DNA of 64,000 nt from a plasmid. A program made the position numbers and the translations under genes. Each line of letters opens with the position of its first letter. The stretch's first letter is position 1. The notes under the pieces were generated by a model, which was given only the letters and a program-made list of their open reading frames with translations, was not told where the DNA came from and did no database searches. Shown one piece after another: positions 1-9,456 of the stretch. The stretch is from sequence record NZ_CP035506.1; one strand, given 5' to 3'.

Positions 1-94
1 TTCATGTACCGCGTTTTGTGATATGTGTTAAAAAAAGCGATACATTGGTGGATAACCGCCGCGCGAAAGGGGCAGGTGCAGACCTGCCGGAGGG

Positions 95-1489
95 ATGCAG
101 ATGAGCACGGGACCGGAGGCCGATCCTCCCTATTTCAACATCTCGCCCGATGCGGCGCTAGCGGAACTGGGCGCCCCGGTGACCAGCCGCGGCTTTGCCG
201 AGATCGCCGCCGCCTGTGCCCGCGGGCGGGAGGATCTGGTGGGCCGGGGTCTCGATGCGCAGGGGCAGAAACGGCTCCGGCTCTTCTCCACCTGGGAGAT
301 CACCAGATACCTGATCCCCGTCGCGCCCCAGCATTTCCGCCGGGTGCTGCGCCAGAATCCCGAGCTGCCGCAGGGCGCCTCGGAGACGGAGGGTGGCGCC
401 AAGTGGTTCACGCTGGACGAGGTGCTCAGGCTGCGCGCCCATTTCGCCGCCGAAGGCTCCCGCGCGAAGGAATACCAGCCCTACCGGCCAAAGGGTCAGC
501 CCGCCAAGATCGTCGCGGTCGCGAACTTCAAGGGCGGGGTCGGCAAGACCTCCACCGCCGCGCATCTGGCCATGTCGGCGGCGCTCGACGGCTACCGGGT
601 GCTGGTGGTCGATCTGGACAGCCAGGGGTCGATGACCTCGATCTTCGGCGGTCAGGTGGCGGATGAATGGGGCACGGTCTTTCCGCTGCTCGCCCGCCAC
701 TATGCCCGCCACCTGCGCGTCTCCAATGCCGGGCGGATCGACCGGGGGGAGGCGCCGATCCCGATCGACGACACGCTGAACGAGGCGCTGAAGGTCACGG
801 CGGAAGAGCTGATCCGCCCGACCCACTGGCCGAATATCGACCTGATCGGCGCGCAGCTCAACCTCTACTGGGCCGAGTTCCAGATCCCCGTCTGGCGCAT
901 GGCCGCGCGCGGCTGGAAGCTCTGGGACGCGCTCTCCGAAAGCCTCGCCGAAGACGGGGTGCTGGAGAAATACGATCTCGTCTTTCTCGATACGCCCCCC
1001 GCGCTCGGCTACCTGACGATCAACGGGCTGTCGGCGGCGGATATCCTGCTCGTCCCGATGGGGGCCTCCTTCCTGGAGTTCGATTCCACGGGGCGGTTCT
1101 TCGACATGTTGCATTCCACCTTCGCCTCCATCGAGGAGGGGGAGAATGTGGCGGCCCGCGCGCTGGGGCGGCCGGAGCTTTCCTTCGAATGGGATGCGGT
1201 ACGCGCATTGGTCACCCGTTACGACGGCGCGCAGCAGGCGGAGCTGGCGGGGCTGATGCAGGCCTATCTGGGCCGTACCCTCTCCCCCTCCCGCCAGGGG
1301 TTCACCGCGCTGATCGGCCAGGCGGGGGAGCAGGTCGCCGGCATCTACGAGGCCGATTACCGCGACTTCAACCGCGACACCTATATCCGCGGGCGGGAGA
1401 CATTCGACGCGACCTATGCGGTGTTCAAGAAGCTGCTGCTGGGCTGCTGGCGGCGGGATGAACTGGCGTCGCGGGAGGCGGCCGAGTGA
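95..1489 (+). CDS. repA: ParA-family partition ATPase with long N-terminal extension (RepA-like)
   Basis: Walker A KGGVGKTSTAAHLA plus a roughly 150-aa N-terminal extension typical of RepA of repABC-type replicons. Stop TGA at 1487-1489 abuts the first palindrome. Confidence 0.85.
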   Translation: MQMSTGPEADPPYFNISPDAALAELGAPVTSRGFAEIAAACARGREDLVGRGLDAQGQKRLRLFSTWEITRYLIPVAPQHFRRVLRQNPELPQGASETEGGAKWFTLDEVLRLRAHFAAEGSRAKEYQPYRPKGQPAKIVAVANFKGGVGKTSTAAHLAMSAALDGYRVLVVDLDSQGSMTSIFGGQVADEWGTVFPLLARHYARHLRVSNAGRIDRGEAPIPIDDTLNEALKVTAEELIRPTHWPNIDLIGAQLNLYWAEFQIPVWRMAARGWKLWDALSESLAEDGVLEKYDLVFLDTPPALGYLTINGLSAADILLVPMGASFLEFDSTGRFFDMLHSTFASIEEGENVAARALGRPELSFEWDAVRALVTRYDGAQQAELAGLMQAYLGRTLSPSRQGFTALIGQAGEQVAGIYEADYRDFNRDTYIRGRETFDATYAVFKKLLLGCWRRDELASREAAE

Positions 1490-1508
1490 TGTTTCGCGCG
1501 CGAAACAT
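1489..1508. promoter_or_regulatory. parS-like perfect palindrome ATGTTTCGCGCGCGAAACAT (copy 1)
   Basis: 20-bp perfect inverted repeat immediately after the repA stop. The same 18-mer core recurs at 1806, 2985, 3079 and 13703. Confidence 0.7.
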
Positions 1509-1521
1509 CTCGGGTCGTCCA

Positions 1522-1557
1522 GAGCTTTTGCAGGGGCTTTTACAGGGGCTTTTGCAG
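1522..1557. repeat. 3 x 12-bp tandem repeat (GAGCTTTTGCAG / GGGCTTTTACAG / GGGCTTTTGCAG)
   Basis: Read directly in the repA-repB intergenic region, just downstream of palindrome 1. Confidence 0.6.
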
Positions 1558-1804
1558 ACCAAGGCAAGCGGCGTGATCCCGGAGCTGGCCCGCCCCGATG
1601 CGGCCCGGATGGCGGCCCATGGTGGCTTGCTGCCGGATGTCGCGGCGGCCGGGTGGGGCAAACCCCGGTGCCGGCAGAAGCCGACCAGGGCCGGCGGGGA
1701 TGTCCTCATGTCCTGCCGTCCCGCCAGCTGGCCCGCCAGCAGGGCCTGTCCCGCTTGGTCTGCCCCGCGTGGTCTGCCTGCCCTGGTGGCCCAACCAAAT
1801 CCTG

Positions 1805-1824
1805 ATGTTTCGCGCGCGAAACAT
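1805..1824. promoter_or_regulatory. parS-like palindrome ATGTTTCGCGCGCGAAACAT (copy 2)
   Basis: Identical 20-bp palindrome 20 bp upstream of the repB start. Confidence 0.7.
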
Positions 1825-1844
1825 TCCTGACCCGGAGGAGTCTC

Positions 1845-2984
1845 ATGGCCCGCAAGCGCCTCACCCTGCCCTTCGCCGCCGAGCCTGACCCGGCCGATAT
1901 GCCGGAGGGCCCGCTGGAGACGAAATCCATGCCCTTCGGCCCGGCCTCCCGGGCTGTTTCGCCCGTCCCGCCCGCCGCCCCCGCGCCGCGCCCGCCCCCC
2001 ATCTCCCGCATCGCAGCGGAGACGGCGGCCACCGCCGCGCTGGAGGCGCTGGCGGGAGAGGTGGCGGAGGCCCGCGCCACGGGACGGATGGTGGAGGCGC
2101 TGCCTCTCGACACCATCGACACCGGCCATCTGGTGCGCGACCGGGTGAGTTTCGATGGCGAGGATTTCGACGCGCTGGTGGAAAGCCTGCGCCTCCATGG
2201 CCAGCGCGCCCCGGTGGAGGTGATCGACCTCGGCCAAGGCTTCCGCTCAGATCTGCACCTCAGTTCTGCAGACGGCGAGACCCGGGGCAGGGTGATGGGA
2301 CAAGGCGATGCCGCGCGCGATGCCGCTCCCGAAACTGGGCGCCGCTACGGCCTGATCTCCGGCTGGCGGCGGCTCTCCGCGCTCCGGCGGCTCCATGCGG
2401 AAACGGGGGAGGCGCGGTTCGCAACCGTGCTGGCGCTGCTGCGGACACCCGAAAGCTCGGGCGCCGCCTATGTCGCCATGGTGGAGGAGAACGAGATCCG
2501 CGCGGGCCTGAGCTATTACGAGCGGGCCCGCATCGCCGCCAAGGCGGTGGAGGCGGGCGCCTTCGCCGATCGGGGAGAAGCGCTCCGCAGCCTTTACGCC
2601 ACGGCGAGCCGGGCCAAGCGGTCGAAGATCGGCTCCTTCCTCAACCTCTACGACGCGCTGGATGGCAGTCTCCGCTTCCCGGCAGCAATCGGTGAGCGGC
2701 TGGGGCTGCAACTGGCGCAACGGCTGGCGGAGGAGCCGGAGGCGGGGGCGGCTCTGGCCCGCCTTCTGAGCAGCGGGGAGAGCGCGGATCCGGCCATGGA
2801 ACTGGCCACTCTTGCCCGGTGGGCCGAAGCACCGCGATCCGCCCTCCGGCAGAAGACCGCCGCACAGGAGATCCTGCCCGGCATTGCCATGACGGGTGGC
2901 GCAAGGCGCATCGTCCTCAGCGGCCCGGCAGTGACCCCGGCGCTCCGCGACCGGCTCGCGGAATGGCTGCGTCTGCAGGGCTGA
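1845..2984 (+). CDS. repB: ParB/RepB-family partition protein
   Basis: ParB-like N-terminal domain with motif GLISGWRRLSALRRL, directly downstream of the ParA homologue. Confidence 0.85.
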   Translation: MARKRLTLPFAAEPDPADMPEGPLETKSMPFGPASRAVSPVPPAAPAPRPPPISRIAAETAATAALEALAGEVAEARATGRMVEALPLDTIDTGHLVRDRVSFDGEDFDALVESLRLHGQRAPVEVIDLGQGFRSDLHLSSADGETRGRVMGQGDAARDAAPETGRRYGLISGWRRLSALRRLHAETGEARFATVLALLRTPESSGAAYVAMVEENEIRAGLSYYERARIAAKAVEAGAFADRGEALRSLYATASRAKRSKIGSFLNLYDALDGSLRFPAAIGERLGLQLAQRLAEEPEAGAALARLLSSGESADPAMELATLARWAEAPRSALRQKTAAQEILPGIAMTGGARRIVLSGPAVTPALRDRLAEWLRLQG

Positions 2985-3001
2985 CGTTTCGCGCGCGAAA
3001 C
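2985..3001. promoter_or_regulatory. parS-like palindrome GTTTCGCGCGCGAAAC(A) (copy 3)
   Basis: 16-17 bp palindrome starting one base after the repB stop. Confidence 0.65.
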
Positions 3002-3077
3002 ACGGGGGAGCTCGTGTTCGCCTTCGGGGCCAGGCGAAACACGTGGGGAGGCCGAGCGTGTCGCCTGAGGGAGCTGA

Positions 3078-3097
3078 ATGTTTCGCGCGCGAAACAT
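3078..3097. promoter_or_regulatory. parS-like palindrome ATGTTTCGCGCGCGAAACAT (copy 4)
   Basis: Identical 20-bp palindrome about 90 bp downstream of copy 3. Confidence 0.7.
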
Positions 3098-3340
3098 GGC
3101 CGGAGAGGGAAGCGGCCCCGAATAGCGGTGACGGATCGGGTGAAACAGGATGGTCCTCCACATCTGCCCTTCCGGCCGCTCCCCCGGGGGTGCCGGCAGC
3201 AGACAGGCGCGCGGCCCCTGCGCAGGGCCAGAGCTCTGGACGGGATCGGAAAGTGATTTGCATTGCCGTCCCAAGGCGTCAGTCTCAGACGGACGGGCCT
3301 GCCGCTCCCCGCCGGGCCGCCAGATGCGGACGCTGACGCC

Positions 3341-5215
3341 ATGATCCTCCCTGCCTTCCCCTGCCGCCGGGCGACGATCCATGCCCTTTCCCGGGCGAGG
3401 CACCGCTCGCCGCCGGGAAAACGGGGCGCCTCGGCCCTCCGCCTGCTTCCGGCGACCTTGCTATGCGCCCTGCTGGCCACCGCCTTCGTCGCGCTGCCGG
3501 TGACGCGTCCCGCGGCCGCCTCCCCCCCTTCCGGGCAGGTCGTGACGCCGGAGCCGACGGAGACCTTCACCGTCAGCTCGTCCGACGGGACGGTCCGGAT
3601 ATCGGGTCTGATGCCGGAAGGATCGCAGATCGGCTATACGTCGGACCCGCAGCGCCAGGCCGTCATCGTGCCGCCTGCGGGCGGTATCGTGCGCATCGTG
3701 TCGCGCAGCCCTGCGACGACGACCGATGCCTATGGCCGGACGATCCACGGCGCCACGCTCAATCCGGGGCCGGAGCGCCGCGGATATGATCAGCGGGCCA
3801 AGTCCCAGGACGGCCGTATCAACGCCATGCATCAGCCCGAGGCGGTGGCGCAGTTCCCGCTCGAGATGCGGCGGGGGGACATCCTGGTGGCGGCCCGGTC
3901 GCATATCCGCCGCGCCGGAGACTCGGGCACGTCGCTGGTGGACGAATATTTCGGCCTGATGATCGGCGACACGCTGCCCGGGCCCAACGACTTCGCGCCC
4001 CCCGTGAACCGGGCGGCGGTGGCGCCCATCGTTCTGGAGCGGGTGGATGTGGATCACATCCTGCGCGTCCTTCCGCGCCGCTCCGCCGCCGGCACCCGCC
4101 CGCCGCGCGACCTTGAGGCTTATCTGGCGCGGGCGGAGATGTTTCAGGCCTCGCTCGGCACGAACACCATTCCGGGAAACGGCGCGGAGCAGGGCGGTTA
4201 CCGGGAATACATGCCCTATGGCACGGGGGTGATGGACAGCAACTACGGGCGGGAGGTCGCGGCGATGCAGGCCGCGATCCTGCCCCTCCTGTGGACCGAT
4301 GCCGGCAGCCCCGAGCAGGTCAGGCGCGCGGTGAAGGCGGTGATTTCATGGGGCATTCAGGTCCGCGGTCTCGATCTCGGCCCGAACGGGGGGCTGTGGT
4401 CCTTCATGTTCCCCATGGTCTATCTCGAGCAGCACTGGGCGGGGGCGGATCTCTCAGGGTTCATCATCGGGGACCGGGGGCAAAGCTCCCCCGCGGGCGG
4501 CAACATCCTCGGCCAGTATTACGTGGAGACGGAAGAAAGCCTCGCGCGGTACCGCACCCCGCATGAAAGCCTCGACCTGCCGTTGATCACCCGCATCCGC
4601 ACCGTTGTCAGCGTGGCGGGGCCGAAGGTCACCATCTCCAACAGCGAGACGGAACGGCCGAACAGCAACATGAGCAAGGGGGGGCTGGCGGGCCTGCTGC
4701 TGAAATCCGTCGACGGTGCCAAAAGCGCCCGTATCTCCCAGCCGCGGGGGGGCAATGTGAGGGGGGATATCACCCTGACCCTCATGGGAGGCAACCCGTT
4801 CCGTCCCGGGGATCGGGTCTTCATGTCGGAGGACGGGACGCTGAAACCCGGCGATCCGAACTGGGCGATCCGCTGGGGCACCGATACGCGCAGCGCGCGT
4901 CAGGCGGACAATCCCTCGCCCTTTGCGGATTACCGGGTGATCGCGACGGGGCTGGAATTCGTGATGGCGGCGCAGGCGCTGGGGATCGTCCAGCCGTCCT
5001 GGAAGGCGAGCCTTGTGGAATATGCCCGCCGCACCGTTCCCCCCACGGGGCGGGAGTTCGGCGATTATCCCTCTGCGCAATGGCCCTATCCGCATATCTC
5101 CGAGGACGAGGTGACCGGGCACAACAATCCCCGCGACACATGGGGCCTGCGCCTGTGGCGCAAGCATTGGCCAGAGCTGGCCGAAATCCCGCAGAGACCC
5201 GCTTCGGCGCCGTGA
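3341..5215 (+). CDS. Hypothetical secreted protein (about 620 aa), function unknown
   Basis: Long ORF with high coding potential. Signal-peptide-like segment LRLLPATLLCALLATAFVALPVTRPAAA. Start placed at the internal ATG at 3341; the ORF could begin as far upstream as 3263. No family recognised by eye. Confidence 0.5.
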   Translation: MILPAFPCRRATIHALSRARHRSPPGKRGASALRLLPATLLCALLATAFVALPVTRPAAASPPSGQVVTPEPTETFTVSSSDGTVRISGLMPEGSQIGYTSDPQRQAVIVPPAGGIVRIVSRSPATTTDAYGRTIHGATLNPGPERRGYDQRAKSQDGRINAMHQPEAVAQFPLEMRRGDILVAARSHIRRAGDSGTSLVDEYFGLMIGDTLPGPNDFAPPVNRAAVAPIVLERVDVDHILRVLPRRSAAGTRPPRDLEAYLARAEMFQASLGTNTIPGNGAEQGGYREYMPYGTGVMDSNYGREVAAMQAAILPLLWTDAGSPEQVRRAVKAVISWGIQVRGLDLGPNGGLWSFMFPMVYLEQHWAGADLSGFIIGDRGQSSPAGGNILGQYYVETEESLARYRTPHESLDLPLITRIRTVVSVAGPKVTISNSETERPNSNMSKGGLAGLLLKSVDGAKSARISQPRGGNVRGDITLTLMGGNPFRPGDRVFMSEDGTLKPGDPNWAIRWGTDTRSARQADNPSPFADYRVIATGLEFVMAAQALGIVQPSWKASLVEYARRTVPPTGREFGDYPSAQWPYPHISEDEVTGHNNPRDTWGLRLWRKHWPELAEIPQRPASAP

Positions 5216-5269
5216 ACGGGTTCTGCGGGGCAGGGTCGTGATGGGCTGAGGGCCGATTGCCCGCCAAGG

Positions 5270-6307
5270 TCAGCGCCAGCGTCCCTCGCCATCCGGGGTG
5301 ACATCGAGTTGGCTCGGGGCACGCAACGCGCCGATCCGCGCCCCGAAATGCTCCATCAGGCCCTTTGGCGCGCGGAACAGCCAGGGGGCAAAGCGATCCG
5401 TGATCCGGCGCAGCGCAATGGCCAGAGCGACACAGGCGAGCGTCACCGCCGGTACGGCCCAGAGGGCGCTGTGGGAATAGCCCTTGGCCATCTTCAGAAA
5501 CGGGCCCACCATTGCGAAATGCAGCACGAAGATCTCAAGCGACCGGCTCCCGACGAAGGTGAAAGCGTGCTGCACGGCGACAAGGTGTTCGGAAATCAGG
5601 ATCGACGCCGAAAGGATCAGCATCACGCCCGACAAGGACAGAAGGAAGACGAGGTCCAACCGGGAGGCGAGCAGAGCGGCCATCAACGCGGCCGCCAGAG
5701 CGATCCACGGCCAGCGGCACAGCGCGGACACCATCTGCCGACCATACCAGACCGCGAAGAAGAAGAATGCTCCGTATCTGACAACGCTGCGCTGGTGGGT
5801 GGACAGGCTGCTCCAGAAATCCTGCGGCAGATCGTGGTACACAAGCAGCGACAGGGTGAGAGACAGCGCGAGGGCCAGCGTCTTGTGCCTGCGCAACAGA
5901 TAGGAAAGGAGCCGGTAGATGATCAGCCCCCAGAGGAACCAAAGGTGGATCTCCGGCCTGTACCAGGATGTGAGGATATAGCTTGTCGGGCGGCCCTGAA
6001 CCACGGTGTAGATCACCGTCCACAGCCCGCATATCCACAGCAGGTCCAGAAGCTTCCGGTTGAAGAAGTCTTTCCATGGACCGGACAGGGAATGGGCAAC
6101 GACGACGCCGGACACGAAGAAGAACAGCGGCATCCGCATGGAGAGCAGCGGCGCGTTCACGGCAAAATAAACCGGATGAGGCGTGAACCCGACCGATGAG
6201 GACACCATCAGAACATGCCAGAACACCACGAGAATGACAGAAATGCCCTTGGCGGTATCCAGAGCATGAAGACGCATGCCGCTGTGTGCGGCTGGCTTTC
6301 CAGTCAC
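5270..6307 (-). CDS. Acyltransferase_3 family membrane O-acyltransferase (OafA/ExoZ-like)
   Basis: Multi-pass membrane protein with N-terminal motif LDTAKGISVILVVFWHV typical of the Acyltransferase 3 family. Confidence 0.75.
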   Translation of the reverse strand: MTGKPAAHSGMRLHALDTAKGISVILVVFWHVLMVSSSVGFTPHPVYFAVNAPLLSMRMPLFFFVSGVVVAHSLSGPWKDFFNRKLLDLLWICGLWTVIYTVVQGRPTSYILTSWYRPEIHLWFLWGLIIYRLLSYLLRRHKTLALALSLTLSLLVYHDLPQDFWSSLSTHQRSVVRYGAFFFFAVWYGRQMVSALCRWPWIALAAALMAALLASRLDLVFLLSLSGVMLILSASILISEHLVAVQHAFTFVGSRSLEIFVLHFAMVGPFLKMAKGYSHSALWAVPAVTLACVALAIALRRITDRFAPWLFRAPKGLMEHFGARIGALRAPSQLDVTPDGEGRWR

Positions 6308-6349
6308 AGCGTTTATCCCTTTATTTGAGGTGGTGCTTTTCCGGCGCGG

Positions 6350-7312
6350 CTAGCGGAGCCATTTCCCGATCTGGGGAAGCTGCATGACCAGCGCCGCACC
6401 CAGGCTCAGCAGGCAGATCATGATGCCGCCGGCGAAAGTATGGGTGGCAATGCCGAGAATGGCGCCGGCCACGCTCAGCATCAGGATATGCACAAGATAG
6501 ATATCCATCGAGAGCTGTCCCAGTTTGCGCGTCCAGCCGAATTCCGGCGTCCGCACCATCAGCGACAGCACCATGATCGGGGGCGCAAGGATCAACTGCT
6601 GCGTGCCATCCATCCCCGCGGCCCGCAACACAAGCCCGAACAGGCAGATGATGGCTGTCACGAAAATCAGGATCCAGCCGGAGTTCCGCACGGCGAAAAG
6701 CAGCATTCCGACGCCCACGGAAGGCAGGTACAGCACCGACAGCCGGAGGATCAGGGGCAGCTCCTGCCATGACCAGACCTCCAGGCAGGCGATGGTGGCC
6801 AGGGCAAAGAGCACCAGCCAGAACAGGAGCGGCCGCCAGCTGGAAATCTGGAATGTCGTCTTTTGTGCCAGAAGGATAAGGACAGCGCTGACGGCCAGTG
6901 CCCAGGGCAGGAACCACAATTGCCCGAAGCTTCCGACCGGCGGGTGCCACGCCTGAAGCTCTTCGATGAGGCTGCCGCCCGTCATTACGGATTGTGCGAC
7001 CTTTGCAAGGATCTGCAGGACACCCCAGATGAGGAATGGGTAGAGCAGTCGCCGGCCCCGCATCGCGATTGCCGCGCCCACCGGTTCCTTGCGTCGCTGC
7101 AGCCCATTCAGAGTGAACCAGATCATCGCGAGGATGAAGAACCCGACAGCCCCCTGTCCGATGACGTTCAGCGGCGCGCGGGCATGGAACTGAACGATGA
7201 CCAGCGCCGCGAGAAAGCGGATATAATCGACGGTGGGATTATAGCCGAGAGATATGCGGGGACCACGGCCTTCAAAAACGACCGGAGCTTGGGCAGTGTT
7301 CGGTGTGGTCAT
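6350..7312 (-). CDS. Acyltransferase_3 family membrane O-acyltransferase
   Basis: VDYIRFLAALVIVQFHA N-terminal motif and about 10 predicted TM helices. Start placed at ATG 7312 (MTTPNTAQ), which has a GAGG-like RBS; the longer ORF to 7414 is less likely. Confidence 0.7.
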   Translation of the reverse strand: MTTPNTAQAPVVFEGRGPRISLGYNPTVDYIRFLAALVIVQFHARAPLNVIGQGAVGFFILAMIWFTLNGLQRRKEPVGAAIAMRGRRLLYPFLIWGVLQILAKVAQSVMTGGSLIEELQAWHPPVGSFGQLWFLPWALAVSAVLILLAQKTTFQISSWRPLLFWLVLFALATIACLEVWSWQELPLILRLSVLYLPSVGVGMLLFAVRNSGWILIFVTAIICLFGLVLRAAGMDGTQQLILAPPIMVLSLMVRTPEFGWTRKLGQLSMDIYLVHILMLSVAGAILGIATHTFAGGIMICLLSLGAALVMQLPQIGKWLR

Positions 7313-8235
7313 TATTCTTGCCTCTATTTTGCTCCTAGGGGAGCGCGGGTTCAAATTCGATGTCCACGCCGGGAAACTGGGTATCATGCAACTGTATAAA
7401 TGTTGCAGAAGCAAGCCTGTTGCCGGGTGGTTTAATAAGGCAATTCTGTAAGTTTATCAGAGAAATGTCCAACATTTTCTGACGATATATCCGATGTTTT
7501 TCGACATCAGGGCGGCTGTATCAATTGCTGTATAATTTTGCAGGACAGGGTGCGATCTGCCAAAGCGTTCGGCAGCAGCGGAATTGTCATATGAAGATGA
7601 CATGAAAGGCATGGGATGCGCGGGAGTGGCGGGGGGTGAAGGATCGATTCAGGGCAGATATCCGTCACGTGAGCAGGACTTCTCCGAATGATATTAGATG
7701 CATCTTGATGGACCGGAATTGGCAACAGTCCCGGAGAATTAGCCACCCGGTTCACACGAAAGAAACACAGCGGGCGTGTTCATGGCAGAGCGGGCGGAAA
7801 GATGGAGCTCATGATGAAAGGTTCCCTGCTTTTCCATTTGGTCTCCGCCATGATCTTGATGGGCCGTGAGCTCGATCGACCGCGATCGGGCCGCTCCTTG
7901 ATCGGGCGAGGCCGCAGACTTCGCAAACAGCAGGCAGGGCTGCCTGCCTTGCCGTCCGGCCCGGACGATTGCCGCCTGTCGCCGGCAAATCGTATTCCCG
8001 TCCGATGCTTCCCGCCCGATGCGGTTTGCGAAACGGCGGCCCGCGCTGTCATGCGGAAGGGCCGCCGCTCCACCGTCAGGCCGGCCCGACAAGGCGGCCG
8101 TCTGGGCCGGCCCTGCACGGGGCGGTTCGAAGAGTCCCGTCAGGTGAAACCCGAACTCTGCATATCGATGGATTTTCCGGCGTGATCCTCGGCCGGAAGC
8201 GTCCTAGAGTCGCATGACATAAGGGGCCGGCGATC

Positions 8236-9414
8236 ATGCGCATCCTTCATCTGTCCGCGGATTATCCCGACCCGATCAACCCCCGGAAGCCGCGCGCCAT
8301 CGCCAATCTCGTGGCGCTTGGCGGCGCGGCAGAGACCTTCGTGATCTCGCTCAACCGTGGGGGAGGGCTGGCGCGCCTCGCTATTCGGGACTTCGCCGAT
8401 GCGGCGGGCGGGGATCAGCGGGCGGTGATCTACCGGGGCTGGCCGAAGGGGATCGGCCTGCGGCGGGATCTCCTCGCTCTGGCCGACCGGCTGGTCGCCG
8501 ATTGCGGGGCGCGGGGGCTCAGGCCGGATGTCATTCATGCGCACAAGCTGACGGTGGAGGGGATCGTCGGCTGGCGGATGGCGCAGCGCTGGGGCGTGCC
8601 CTTCGTGCTGTCGGTGCAGGGCAATACCGATCTGCGGATCCTGCGGGCGAAACCCCTGCTCCGCCCGCTCCTGCGCCGGGTCTGGCAGGAGGCGGCCATC
8701 GCCTTCCCCTATGCGCCCTGGGCGGCGGAGGGGGTCGTGGCGCATCTCGGGCCGAGACCGGCCCCCACCGTTCTGCTCCCCTGTCCGGGGCCGGCGGATG
8801 CGCTGATTGCCCCCGTCCTGCGGGGGCCGCGACTGGTCACGGCGTTTCAACTGGCCGATCACCGGCGCAAGAACCTTTCGCGGCTGGTGGCGGCGGCGGC
8901 CCTTGCGGCGCGGGATATGCCCGGCCTCACGCTGGATATCCTGGGCGACGGGCCGGAGGAGGTGCGCCGGTCGCTCGCCCGGATGATCGCGGCCCGCGCG
9001 CCGGGTGTGGCGCGGCTCGCCGGACCGGTGGCGAACGGGGCGGTTCAGCAGGAGTTCAACGCCGCCGCGGCCTTCGTGCTCGTCTCGCGGGCCGAAAGCT
9101 TCGGGATGGTGTTTGCCGAGTCGCTGCTGGCCGGTACGCCCTGCCTCTATCCGCGCGGTCAGGCGATCGGGGGATATTTCCGTGAGGGCGATTTCACCCT
9201 GTCCGCCGATCCCCGGGATACCCGCGCCATCGCGGCGGCCATGCTGCGGATGGTGCGGGAGCAGGGGGAGATGAAGGCCCGCCTTGCAGATGCGCAAGGC
9301 AGCGGAGCGCTCGATTTCCTCCGCCAGGAAGACATCGGCGCCCGCTATCGCGGAGGGCTGGCCGATGCGCTGCAGAATCAATCGACAGAGGTGAGGCAAT
9401 ATCTTACCTTATAG
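8236..9414 (+). CDS. Glycosyltransferase family 1 (GT4-like)
   Basis: GT-B fold signature with the C-terminal EX7E-like region (SRAESFGMVFAESLLAGTPCL). Confidence 0.8.
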   Translation: MRILHLSADYPDPINPRKPRAIANLVALGGAAETFVISLNRGGGLARLAIRDFADAAGGDQRAVIYRGWPKGIGLRRDLLALADRLVADCGARGLRPDVIHAHKLTVEGIVGWRMAQRWGVPFVLSVQGNTDLRILRAKPLLRPLLRRVWQEAAIAFPYAPWAAEGVVAHLGPRPAPTVLLPCPGPADALIAPVLRGPRLVTAFQLADHRRKNLSRLVAAAALAARDMPGLTLDILGDGPEEVRRSLARMIAARAPGVARLAGPVANGAVQQEFNAAAAFVLVSRAESFGMVFAESLLAGTPCLYPRGQAIGGYFREGDFTLSADPRDTRAIAAAMLRMVREQGEMKARLADAQGSGALDFLRQEDIGARYRGGLADALQNQSTEVRQYLTL

Positions 9415-9456
9415 ATAGTTAATTGTTCAAAAACATAATTTTCCTCTGGAGAGGCC

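Noticed and set aside
158-1567. 469-aa minus-strand ORF over repA; likewise 8140..9399, 14153..15691, 25498..26610, 32926..34398, 34623..35753, 35800..36792, 41820..43850, 46924..48696, 55815..57542 and 58721..60040
   Set aside because: All are opposite-strand shadows of well-supported genes with recognisable domains. Their translations are low-complexity and Arg/Gly/Pro-rich.
3263-3340. Upstream extension of the secreted hypothetical protein
   Set aside because: The extension adds a Pro/Ala-rich segment before the signal peptide. The internal ATG at 3341 places the hydrophobic core at the expected distance from the N-terminus.
7802-8185. 127-aa ORF in the spacer upstream of the GT1 gene
   Set aside because: No RBS, and the composition is typical of non-coding GC-rich DNA. 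It overlaps other equally weak ORFs on both strands.
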